Shown here: positions 46,244-64,000 of the stretch, in pieces
How positions within the stretch are numbered: position 1 is the stretch's first letter
Layout: each line of letters begins with the position of its first letter
Source: the human T2T-CHM13v2.0 reference genome, Homo sapiens
Direction: 5' to 3' (one strand)
Assembly: GCF_009914755.1 (NCBI RefSeq)
Contig: NC_060934.1
DNA: 64,000 nt
Made by a program: the position numbers and the translations under genes
Notes under the pieces: model-generated
Databases searched by the model: none
What the model was told of the DNA's origin: nothing
The model's input: only the letters and a program-made list of their open reading frames with translations

Positions 46244-46339
46244 GTGCTTACTTCAGCAGCATATATACTAAAAATTGGAATGATACGGAGCAAATTAGCA
46301 TGGCCCCTGTGCAAGGATGACATGCAAATTTGTGAAGCA
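46244..46339 (+). pseudogene. U6 snRNA retropseudogene (RNU6-type), 3'-truncated
   Basis: gtgcttacttcagcagcatatatactaaaaattggaatgatacggagcaaattagcatggcccctgtgcaaggatgacatgcaaatttgtgaagc matches U6 with CpG decay. The ACAGAGA box is mutated. A-rich tail follows; 16-bp TSD aaagagtgg(g/a)gaaaag at 46228-46243 and 46361-46376. Confidence 0.95.
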
Positions 46340-46454
46340 ATTAAATTTAAAGATAAAAACAAAGAGTGGAGAAAAGAGTGCTTCAGACTGCAGGTAAACG
46401 CTGGTCAAAGGCCAGAGAACAAGAAAGTATGGTACGTCAGAAAACCAAAAGTAT

Positions 46455-47260
<806 letters not shown>

Positions 47261-47317
47261 GTTCACAGCCTTATCAGCTAGCTATTTTCATCCCTGTTTT
47301 AGAAATAAAAAGGAACA

Positions 47318-47630
<313 letters not shown>

Positions 47631-47974
47631 AAAAAGTAACAACAGCTGACGTTTCAAGACATTAAGTGAAATGGGATCCATGCCCAGGTTCATAGGACTC
47701 TATACTTTTTCAACCACAGTCCACAAAATCTTGCCCAAAACTCCGAGTCAGTCAGATATATTTCAGAATTCAGAATTTACTGATTTTAGAAAGATAATAT
47801 AGTGCCTATACTCTATATTATAGAACAGGGACTGGGAAAGTATCTCACAATCAAACACATTGATAAATCTTTAATGAATCATGTGAATATTCATAAGTGG
47901 GTTAAAGAAGGACCAAAAATAGTCTTGTGACAGTTCAGGATGAGTGTGCCATTAAATGAGTGTATAAAAATTTC

Positions 47975-48552
47975 ACCAGCCTGAGCATCACAGTGAGACT
48001 CTATCTCTATAAAAAGTTTAAAAATTAGCTGGGGGTGGTGGTGCATGCCTATAGTCCCAGCTACTCGGGAGACTGAGGTGGGGGGATCACTTGAGCCTGT
48101 GAGGTGGAGGCTGCAGTGAGCCATGATTGTGCCACTGTACACCAGCCTGGGCAACAGAGCAAGACCCTGTCTCAAAAAAAATAGAAAAAAACAAAAAGAA
48201 AAAGAAAAAAAACAGGCCAGGTGCGGTGGCTCATACCTGTAATCCCAACACTTTGGGAGGCCAAGGAAGTTATCACTTGAGATCAGGAGTTTGAGACCAG
48301 CGGGGCCAACATGGTGAAACCCTGTCTGTACTAAAAATACAAAAGTTAGCTGGACATGGTGGCACAGGGACCTCTAGTCCCAGCTACTTGGTTGGCTAAA
48401 CACGAGAATTGCTTGAACTTGGGAGGTGAAGATTGCAGTGAGCCCAGATCGCACCACTGCACTCCAGCTTTGTTCTGTCTCAAAAAAAAAACAAAAACAA
48501 AACAAAACAAAACAAAAACCTTGAGAGCAAGGTTCTGTCTCAAAAAAAAAAA
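47975..48552 (+). mobile_element. Partial AluJ followed by an Alu with a duplicated 3' end
   Basis: 47975-48180 and 48214-48552. Confidence 0.88.
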
Positions 48553-49195
48553 GAATTTAGTTTTCAGGGTATATTGGATTTTGAAATTATGGATAAATGA
48601 TAAATGAGTACCTTCTAAGATAATACTGTATGATAGAAGTCAAAAAAATAGAGTTTCAAGAAAAAAGTGGTGTTAAATATTACTGTGAGATGAAGGACAA
48701 GAATTGAAGAAAAGTCATTAAACTTGATGATCAAGAGCTTAGTAGAGATAGCTTTAGAAGCACCTTGTTTAACTGCATAAAGTAATGGGAACAGAAGTCA
48801 GCTCTTAAGGGGTTAAAGAGTAAGACAATCTTCATATCCAGTAAAATTGTTAAAATTAAAAAGACAAAGAATACAAACTATTGACAACCTTTTAAAGCAA
48901 GTGGCATTTTAATTCACTGCTGGTGGTAGTGTATTTTGAAAAACTGTTTGGCGATCTCTGCTAAAGCCAAACATATGCATAATCCTTGATGCAGCAATTC
49001 TAGCCTATATAAGTGTTTAGCTAAATGCATGCACATGAACTCAGGAAAACATGTACAGGAATGTTCACATCAGCTTTGTTTTGGAGTAGTGGTGGATATT
49101 CATTACATTGTAAATCAAATTAACTACAAACAAAAGGTACCATGCATGAACCACTGATGACAATTGGTCATGAACCAAGGATTATAATTTATTCA

Positions 49196-49583
<388 letters not shown>

Positions 49584-49727
49584 TTATTTATACGTTTACA
49601 AAGTAAACATCCTGTTAAAGCCAGCCAAGAATATTTGCTCCATGATGATGGAAGAAGTCTAGAGGTTTCTGCAAATTATTTCAATATTGTGACCAAAACT
49701 TTTCCAATTGGTCCATTTCTCTCTCTT

Positions 49728-50141
<414 letters not shown>

Positions 50142-50748
50142 TCATGCTGGGAAAGTCAGAGCCCTGCAGATTTTAGAAATGACAAGGGAGAACTCAGTGT
50201 AGAATAACCTGTGTCTAGCCAAAGCTGAAGCCTGGCCAGGCTCCATGTATGTTGTGAAAATTCTTTGGCCACAGTCCTGATGTCCTAACATCTGAGGTTG
50301 CATCATTCTTCCCGTAGTTGCTTCTGGACTGAGTGTCAACAGCGTATGATGAAAACATGTCAGGGTAGAGGTAAAAGGTATTTGTCATATTTTCTTTTTC
50401 TTCCTTCCTTCCTTCCACAGAAGAGTGGAGAAAATATTTTAAAAGACCACCACAGAAATAAAGAATACAGTGAAAATGAAAGGTAGAAAATTCAATTCAT
50501 GGTAAAATTCTTATTTTTCCTGTGCTGTTTGGCTTGACCCTTCCCTTTCCTGAAGCCCTCATATGGCTTCCCAAGATGTCAAACACATATCTTCTGTGCT
50601 AGTATCATTTAGGAGGGACAGCAGCAGGCAGCATGGAACACAGGAGAAACAAAATAGATTAACAGTGGATTGAAGAATCTTGGCAACTGTGGAAAATACT
50701 TTTAAAAGGAGGCTGGAGGCAAATTTCTCTTAGAAAATTTAATAGCAG

Positions 50749-51060
<312 letters not shown>

Positions 51061-51445
51061 TTAAGAGCAGTTGCTGAATTTATGCCTTATGATTTTGATC
51101 ATTTCTAAGTGTCCTCTCACTGACCTTTACTTAAGGCCATGATACTCTACCATCTTCTAATATCTCATGATTCCCTTGATCCCTTCCCAGTATGTGACCA
51201 CTCTATTTGAAATAAAGTCCAGATTGACTAGCATTTTCCGTCAAAGGGTCAGAGGAAGAGGTGGAACTGGAAGTTTGAGGTCTGTATAATTGGGGGTAGT
51301 GAATACAGTGGATGGAAAGGATTTGATTAGGATGTCTTAGTGTCCTGAAGTGCCTGGAAAGAAAATGTAGGTAAAAGGGATTTCCCTTGTGTCCAACCCA
51401 GCATAGATCAACAGGTAAGTTTTATATATATATATATATATAAAT

Positions 51446-51704
51446 TCGCCAGGCTGGAGTGTGGTGGCACTATCTTGGCTCACTGCAATCTCTGCCACCC
51501 GGGTTCAAGCGATTCTCCTGCCTCAGCCTCCTGAGAAGCTGGGACTACAGGCACGTGCCATCACGCCCAGCTAATTTTTGTATTTTTAGTAGAGACAGGG
51601 TTTCACCATGTTGGCCAGGATGGTCTTGATCTCTTGACCTTGTGATCCGCCTGCCTTGGCCTCCCAAGTGCTGGGATTACAGGTGTGAGCCACAGCACCC
51701 AGCT
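51446..51704 (-). mobile_element. Alu next to (TA)n
   Basis: Dimer with the 3' end replaced by a TA run. Confidence 0.88.
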
Positions 51705-52959
51705 GAAGTTATATTTTATAGATAGAAAAAAGGCAGCACTACTGGTGCACCAGAAGCTGAGTGGTCCAAGGACATTAGGATTCTGGAGGGTTCGCTTCAG
51801 CTTCCTTTTTTGAGAAACACTAACTTAGTACAAAGTCGATTGAATCATTGCCTTTCTGCATTTATTTGACTGCCGTTTCCCAAGTGTCAGCTTACTGAAT
51901 AAAAAACTACCCTGAAATTCTGCTTTCCTTGGACTCTCCTCTATTGAACTTGGTTGAATAGAATGCCTGACTCCTGCCTAACTTGGCTTTGTTCACCCTG
52001 GCTCAGGCTGAAGCAACTGGACAAGTTGGCTCAGAGTCCGAGGAGTTAGAGCCTGCTGACCTCACAGCTACCCTCCCCCTTCTCACATGGCCAGTTCCTG
52101 CCCAGTCTAGTTTGTGAATAGTTCTTGGAAAATACCCTGGAGGAGAATAGAGTCACTAACAATAGCGACTCTCTTTTTAGCCTGAACCTCTTAGTACTCA
52201 GGACTGTGAACCTAGGAAAACCAAAAATAACAAATGTAATTGCAGTGGGTTACCCTCTATTTCTATTATTACCAACATCCAGTCATTCTGGTAGATATTT
52301 AGCTGCTTGTCGTGGAAAAATAACTGGGTTTATAACCAGACAGAGCTAGATTCAAGACCTAGCTCAGCCATTTATTAATTTTATGACATTGGACAAGTCC
52401 CTAATTTGAGCCCGTTAGAATTGAAAGAGGGAATGTACATGTAAGTGCTTGGAAACGTGCAAAGTATTATACAGTACAAAGTCAAACCATTAATATTGGG
52501 AAATAGGGATAATTTGAAAGTTTCAGGAAACAGAATAATTTAATTGTTCAAAAAACACTTGAATCAGCCCGAAGCAAAATGGGGCTTACTAGTCAACACC
52601 AGTCTTAAAAATAAACAACTAAACTATACTGTAGTTAGTTTCTGTTTAAAGTTAAAGGCAGTCTTCCCTTTTGTTCATGATGAAGTTGGAAATGGGGAAG
52701 GACTTATCAGATCCTTTCATATCAGGGAATGACGCAGAAGGATGATGGGCCCTCACACCTATTAAGTACAGGAAAGATGGCCATTGCTTACATGCTGGCT
52801 CTGCTGGCAAACTGTTTTTTTTTTTTTTTTCTCTGAAGTTAAGCCCTTGTTTTTGCCACTTAGTATTTTTATTTTATATATAATGAAAGGGATTGGTTCT
52901 TCAGACTTGGGCATATTTTTACCCTATATCACTCTTGTGCATATATAAAAAGGGAAACA

Positions 52960-54991
<2,032 letters not shown>

Positions 54992-55858
54992 CTGCTCAGC
55001 AGAGAAGCTCAGAAAGCAGAAAGTGGGACCAGGACAGTCTGCTCCACTCTCTCCCCATAAATGAGCAAACCAAGGACTTATAACCGGACAGGCTTTTGAG
55101 GTAACCAATCCAAGCTTCCACCTGATGCAGGAATCCCTCTCTCTAGCAGGCCTGTCAAATGGTCTGGCTAGTTTTGTTTGAACTATTCCAAAATTAGGGA
55201 GGGTACTATTATGGCACCCCAATGAACATCCTCACATACCTTTATTTTCTACCTCTGTGCTAGTATTTCTGTAGAGAAGGTTTCTACAATGGGGATTGCT
55301 GAGTCAAGGATATGCACATTTTGCATTTTGATACAGGGAACAGATTGTGCCTGGTTGCACACACATATGTTATAGTGATTTATAAGAAAAAAAAATTCAG
55401 AGCATAGCAGTCATGGGAAGACAGATTACAATTCACACAAATGAAAGACTTTCTAATAGTAAAAAAAAAAATCCAATATCAAATATACAAATGTTAGAAT
55501 TTTAAAATATATCCTACCACAGATTGGTCTGCCTTGATTTGAGTAGTTCAAGGAGAGACTGGATTATTATGATGGTAAAGAGATAATTATAATAATTACA
55601 ATATTGAGTATGAGATTAGAGCAGCTAATATCCAAGGAATGTCTGAAATTAAGCCTTGTGGCACATTCTGGAGAAGCATCAAGAACCTGTCCAATGTGGC
55701 AAATACCTCAATACTGGCCCATTTAGGCTTGGGCTCTTTGACATGAAATGCATTTTCCTGGGGAGCCTTGAAGAGCACCAAAGGCTTTGCAGGACCAGCT
55801 TTTAGATGCTCTCTCAAAGCACCCAGGCCCCATTTTTTCTGAGTTGCAGAAGCCTTAC

Positions 55859-56447
<589 letters not shown>

Positions 56448-56677
56448 TGCTATGGATTGAATGTGTCCCCCAAAAAGCAAATATTGGAAACTTAATCCCC
56501 AATGCAACAGTGTTAATAGGTGGCACCTTTGAGAGGCGATTAGGCCATAATGGCTCCACCCTTATGAATGGACTTAGGCCAGTTATAAAAGGTCTTGAGG
56601 CTGCAAGTTTGATCTCTTACTTTCTTGCATGCATGCTCTCTTGCCCTTCTACCTTCCCCCATGGGATGCTGTAGCAA

Positions 56678-57623
56678 TGTTTTAGGACCAACAGCTTGCA
56701 TGCCAGATGTGCAGTAACAGACTGAGACAGCAGAGTTTGCAGCAGACAAAGAGTTTAATGATCACAGTGCACAGGGCCAGCAGATGGGAGGAGGCCCTCA
56801 AATCAATCTCCCCAAGGACTTCTGGGCTGGGGTTTTTAAGTGAATCATGGGGGATGAGGGGCTGGAAAATGGAAGTCATTAGTTGTGGTAAAAGGAATGA
56901 AATAATCAGGACATGGCAACTGCATTATTTGGTGAGTCAGCTTCTTGTTGGGTCCTTCAGACCAGCTGGTGTCAGTAGTTTCACTGGTATGCAGGACTTG
57001 ACAGATTATCTCAAAGAGGAAAACTTAATGTTTTATAATGTTCAAGTTGTTATCTATAGAGCAGGGGTCCCCAACCCCCCATGCCACAAACTGGTAATTG
57101 TCCACGGCCTGTTAGGAACCAGGCCGCACAGCAGGAGGTGAACAGTGGGCAAGCAAGAATTACCACCTGAACTCCGCCTCCTGTCAGATCAGTGGCAGCA
57201 TTAGATTCTCATAGGAGCACAAACCCTGTAGTGAACTGCACATGATCTAGGTTGCTGAGGGGTCTAGGTTGCTGGCTCCTTATCTAATGAGAATCTAATG
57301 CCTGATGATCTGAGATGGGGCAGTTTCATCCCAAAACCACCCCGCAACCCTCGTCTGTGGAAAAATTGTCTTCCACTAAACCAGTCTCTGATGTCAAAAA
57401 GGTTGGGAACTGCTGCTACAGAGCATTTAAGGGGATCTATAATCTTGTAACAGGGTCTATGTGATTCTGAGGCAATAGGCAGCAAATAACTATGAGGCAG
57501 CAGGTTAGGGAGAGCAAGCTGATCTTATAATTCATGCTGAATGTGCTGCAAGCTTGGTTTATTTTTGTTTTTCCCCTTTCCTTCTTCCCTGATTAATTCA
57601 TAAAGTTTATAAGCATAGTTTCA
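56678..57623 (-). mobile_element. LTR26-like ERV1 solo LTR nested in MST
   Basis: TG...CA ends, TSD gcaa/gtaa; matches LTR26 as recalled. Confidence 0.75.
57062..57415 (+). mobile_element. MER1B (hAT-Charlie MITE) nested in LTR26
   Basis: TIRs caggggtccccaacc / ggttgggaactgctg; 8-bp TSD ctatagag/ctacagag. Confidence 0.88.
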
Positions 57624-57762
57624 GTAAGAAGGCCCTCACCAGATGTGAGCCCCTCAACCTTTGACTACCCAGCCTCTAAGACTGTAAGAAATAAATCCCT
57701 GTTCTTTATAAATTACCTAGTCTCAGGTATTCTGTTACAGCAGCACAAAATAGACTAAGACA

Positions 57763-58107
57763 GTAGGTTTATAATATCTTCCCTTAATAGCCTGGCCAAG
57801 TCCAGCATGCTCTTCACAGCCTGTGACTGACTGACCAACAGCATGACATCAAATGGCAGAGGATGGCACAGGTGGGTGCTATGCCCATCATCACCATTTG
57901 GACATGGTTGTAAAATTCCATCCTTTCTCCTCTTTTGCTGATCCTGATGAAGTGGTTGTCACACGTCAGTGTGTTTGGCATGTACCTGAATATATCACAT
58001 TTTCCTTCCTGTTGAGTAGTTGCTGAAGATGCCCTCAGAGGTATTAAGCCCACTGTGCAGCAGCCTCTGTGGATTGAGTAGTGCAATGACATGAATTCAC
58101 TACTCAT
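57763..58107 (-). pseudogene. FAM71/GARIN pseudogene exon 1, 5' part (start of the conserved DUF3699-containing region)
   Basis: accATG at 58107. Track ORF 57814..58179 shows EGKCDIFRYMP...NHFIRISKRGERMEFYNHVQMVMMGIAPTCAIL; shifted frames give NTSEG, LQQLL, DVMLL and TGCEEHAGLGQA. Confidence 0.85.
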
Positions 58108-58120
58108 GGTTATTGTTTTT

Positions 58121-58422
<302 letters not shown>

Positions 58423-58478
58423 ATGATGATTGTTTTTCAAGAAAATTCTGCCTCTGAATTCCACTCTCTTGAGGGGTC

Positions 58479-59160
58479 TGCAATAGTTTTCTATGCCACA
58501 TAACAAACTTAGCGGCTTAAGACAACACACGTGTATTACCTCATAATTGTTGTGGGTCAGGAGTCTGGGCATGTCTTTGACAGGTCTTCTGCTCAAGATC
58601 TCACAAGGCTGCAATCAAGGCATAGGCCAGGGCTAGGGCTCACCTGAAGCCTGGGGTAAAGACTGGGGACCCCTGCTCTATAGAAAACAACTTGAACATT
58701 ATGAAACATTAAATTTTCCTCTTTGAGATATTCTGTCAAATCCCGCATAGCAGTGAAATTACTGACACCAGCTGGTCTGAAGGACCCCACAAGCTCACAT
58801 GGCTTTTGAAACAATTCATTTCTTTGAAGCTGTGGAATTCACAGTGGCTTCCTTCCTCAAAGCTGGTAAGGGAGCATCCTCTCTTCAGGAAAGATCTAGC
58901 CCCTCTTTTAAGATATTTTAACTGATTAAGTTAGGCCCACCCAAGAGAATCTCTCCTTTGATTAACTTAAAATCAACCAACTGGAACCTTAATTACATCT
59001 ACACATTCCCTTCATCTTTGCCATATAATGTGGCCTAATCCTAGAAGTGATATGCCAACATATTCCCAGGTTCTGGACACACTCAAGGGAAGGGGGTTTA
59101 CAGTGCATGCATTCCAGGGTAAGAAATCTTGGTGGCCATTTTAGAATTCAGCCTACCATA
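58479..59160 (-). mobile_element. MLT1 (F/G/H-like) MaLR LTR carrying a templated insert
   Basis: ttagcggcttaagacaacac...gggtcaggagtctgggcat...ttcagcctaccata. Confidence 0.65.
58664..58793 (-). repeat. Inverted 130-bp copy of 56944-57073
   Basis: Manual alignment gives 121/130 identical with no indels; includes the LTR26/MER1B junction. Confidence 0.95.
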
Positions 59161-59563
59161 GGACTAGAAATGGTAGTCCTATGGAGAGGAGAGATGGTGA
59201 CTGCTTACTTCCCTGTCTCCTCTGGAGCCTCTGCTGTGGCAGCCATTGTGGTCTGTCATATACTGTTTTATTCTCATCCCCCAGCAGCTGGCCCCTCAGG
59301 GCAAAACCTCCATCCTCCTCCCCAAAATACAACCTCCACCTCCCTACCCTCCACCCTCAGGCAGGTCCACTCTGCCAGGTGTGGTGAGGGCAGGAGTGTG
59401 TGTTAAAGCCATTATTTAGAGAGGTTCTGAGAGAGCATGGGGTTTGCACCCTTCCTCAGAGTAACTACCTAATCAAAGAAACCGCTTGCTTATGTATTTG
59501 CAAATGGGCCATTGTGTATTATCCTGTTAACTTCTGTCAGCTGAAGAATAATGAGGTTCATAA

Positions 59564-59893
<330 letters not shown>

Positions 59894-60358
59894 TGGAAAG
59901 ATTTATTTCTCATAAATGGTTGCAGCCTGGAGAGTGGCCATTCCAACAGACTGGGAAACAGTCTCTGAATAGAAGTCAGAAAGAGGCACTTCAAGGGAGG
60001 GGCAAAAGGAATAAGAATTTATGCTGAACTGAGTGGTCAAATATACATTATTTAATAGCTACAGGAGGAGTCATAAATATTTATGAAAGCGGAAACTGAG
60101 CTTCATGCCTCTTCATGGAAGCCTGGAGGCATGGGTGGAGTTTTCTGCCCTCTGATGTCAAAAGGTGAAGCAGAGGACACTAAGGTACTCAGTGTGCATC
60201 CTTTGTAGACTGGCCAGAGCCACTCCAAGGTCAGTGGTCTATTATCAGGAAGGAATGCTGGTTAGTTGTTGTGTCTGGTTGCTCTGTTGAAACCACAAAA
60301 AGGAGTGGAGTGAGTTTTTCTGTTTAACCCCTAGGGAAGAAAGCCTAATGGTGATTAG

Positions 60359-60732
<374 letters not shown>

Positions 60733-61041
60733 GGAACTCAGTTTTTAAGGTTTCTGTGGGGTCTCCTTGGCCAAGAGGGAGTCTGATCAGCTGGTTGGGG
60801 GGCCTCAGGATTTTATTTTTCTCACCTCTTTTCTCATCATACCTCAGGCCTGTTAACTGTCTCTGAGAGGTAGGTGGTGATGTCAATGCTTACAATGGGA
60901 TATGGCCAAACTTCAGGTCTAGGACAACATTTGGTTCATGCTACTGCTCAGAGTCTGGTTTTTAGGTCTCCACTGAAAGAATCAGAAGATGTAGTTAGTG
61001 AATTCTGGACATACAGGTCTCCCACAAACTGTCATTCACTT

Positions 61042-61367
<326 letters not shown>

Positions 61368-61604
61368 TCAGTACTAACCCTACCTCCACCAGACCTGAGG
61401 CCCAGCTCAAATGGCAATGCCTCCATGGCCTTCTGTGGCCCAACATCTAAAAGAAACCTCTGCTCCCTTGGCACTACCTTTACTTCCTTTCGACATTACT
61501 TTTTGCCTTATTTATAATTTCATACCTCAAATGGGCACTCAGCATTACCCACAAAATAAACGGTTTCTCTCTTAGGTTGACTTTCCCACTCTGAGGCTTT
61601 CTTT

Positions 61605-62022
61605 TGTCAAGTTTAGCATAAAGCTGCCTCTTACATATTTTAAGTTTGGCCTAAGGCTCCTCCATACCTAGTGAACTGTAACCTCACTGGATGTGTAAAC
61701 AAACTGTAACCCACTCTTGTAACAGGAGCTGAGTCTCAGCCAATCACAGCAGCCATACTTCAACCATTCACAGGTGGCCAACTGTTCAAACTGTGTTCAA
61801 GTAAGGTAAACACCCGAACTTTAACCAATCCAACTGTTTCTGTACCTCCCTCCTATTTTCTGTACATCACTTTCCTTTTTCTGTCCATAAATTTTCTCCC
61901 ACCACACAGCAGTAGTAGAGTCTCTCTGAATTTATTCTGGATCAGGGGGTCTGCCTGATTCAATAATCATTCTTTGCTCAATTAAATTCTGTTTTAATTT
62001 TCCTTAAGTTTTTCTTTTAATG
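61605..62022 (+). mobile_element. MER57-type ERV1 solo LTR
   Basis: aagctgcctcttacatattttaagtttggcctaagg...ctcaattaaattctgtt; CCAAT boxes. Confidence 0.78.
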
Positions 62023-62084
62023 TTTTTAGATAAACTGTATCCCCTCTGTTCTCAGTTAATAATTTTACTTCATGCTTCATTTTT

Positions 62085-62525
<441 letters not shown>

Positions 62526-62778
62526 GCAAGCAGTAATTGGCTTCAAATCCCCACATTTTCTCCATAAGTAAACTACACAACTACTTTTATATGACCATCT
62601 TTTCTCTTTCCTACTTGTTAAAATGGAGCAAGCATCCTTCCTTCCCATGGACAGTTTCTGTATTTGGGCTCTGAATTCCATTCCTCCTTCATCTTCTCAA
62701 GGAACTTCATCGATACAGTCAATCTATCTACATCACCTATTGTCTTTCTATTTCATATTTTTATGTATGTCACTTTGA

Positions 62779-63260
<482 letters not shown>

Positions 63261-63303
63261 AATTAAATGTTCTCCCTATTAAAATTAATGTATTTACCTA
63301 GAC

Positions 63304-63492
63304 CAAGCTTGTCCAACCCACAGCCCACAGGCCGCATGCGACCCAGGACGGCTTTGAATGTGGCCCAATACAAATTTGTAAACTTTCTTAAAACATTATG
63401 AGGTATGTATAATTTTTTTGTTTTTTGCTCATCAGCTATCATTAGTGTATTTTACGTGTGGCCCAAGAAAGCCAAAAGATTGGACACCCCTG
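63304..63492. mobile_element. MER30 (hAT-Charlie MITE)
   Basis: caagcttgtccaaccc...gattggacacccctg; diverged 8-bp TSD acctagac/acccacac. Confidence 0.8.
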
Positions 63493-63519
63493 ACCCACAC
63501 CTTTCCTGAGCTTCAGTCT

Positions 63520-63824
<305 letters not shown>

Positions 63825-63874
63825 TCTTCAGTCTTGTATATCTACCTGCCTACCTCACATATCCACTTGGATGT

Positions 63875-63988
63875 GTGAAAATAATTAATAGGGAGGCTAT
63901 TAGGCTGAGGTGGCTCCAGAGTCTTGGGTCTTGGACTCCTACTTAAGCAAACTAAAACTCAATTCAATGTAAACAGTAAAACAAAATT
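63875..63988 (+). mobile_element. 5' start of an ERV1-type LTR, running into an Alu at the window edge
   Basis: tgtgaaaataattaatagggaggctattaggctgaggtggctcc resembles ERV1 LTR starts. Confidence 0.45.
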
Positions 63989-64000
63989 ACCGGGTGCAGT

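Larger units (their letters stand above)
56448..57762 (+). mobile_element. MST (MaLR) solo LTR inserted in pseudogene exon 1
   Basis: tgctatggattgaatgtgtccccc...tagactaagaca; perfect 5-bp TSD gtagg. Confidence 0.85.

Noticed and set aside
46244-46339. Functional U6 gene
   Set aside because: Mutated ACAGAGA box, 3' truncation, TSD, and Alu sequence where the PSE/TATA promoter should be.

Overview
Primate (very probably human) genomic DNA, very rich in Alus (about 70 Alu/FLAM/FRAM copies by eye, roughly 30% of the window). It also holds L1, L2 and MIR fragments, ERV1/ERVL-MaLR solo LTRs and DNA-transposon fossils. I see no intact protein-coding gene; most track ORFs are Alu or other repeat read-throughs. 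The main non-repeat feature is a heavily decayed, intron-containing pseudogene of the FAM71/GARIN (Golgi-associated RAB2 interactor) family on the minus strand, about 58107 to 53625. It is split by Alus and a nested MST>LTR26>MER1B insertion. Its peptides look FAM71A/GARIN4-like, but it keeps an intron at the FAM71B/GARIN3 position. Other notable items: a U6 retropseudogene, a solo LTR10 with an AP-1 tandem array, a near full-length hAT (Zaphod-like) fossil, and several short locally templated insertions (two inverted copies of about 126-130 bp from 0.6-1.6 kb away, and a fold-back scar in an Alu). Repeat subfamily names and FAM71 protein comparisons come from memory and need RepeatMasker/BLAST confirmation. 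Repeat coordinates are approximate unless TSDs are quoted.
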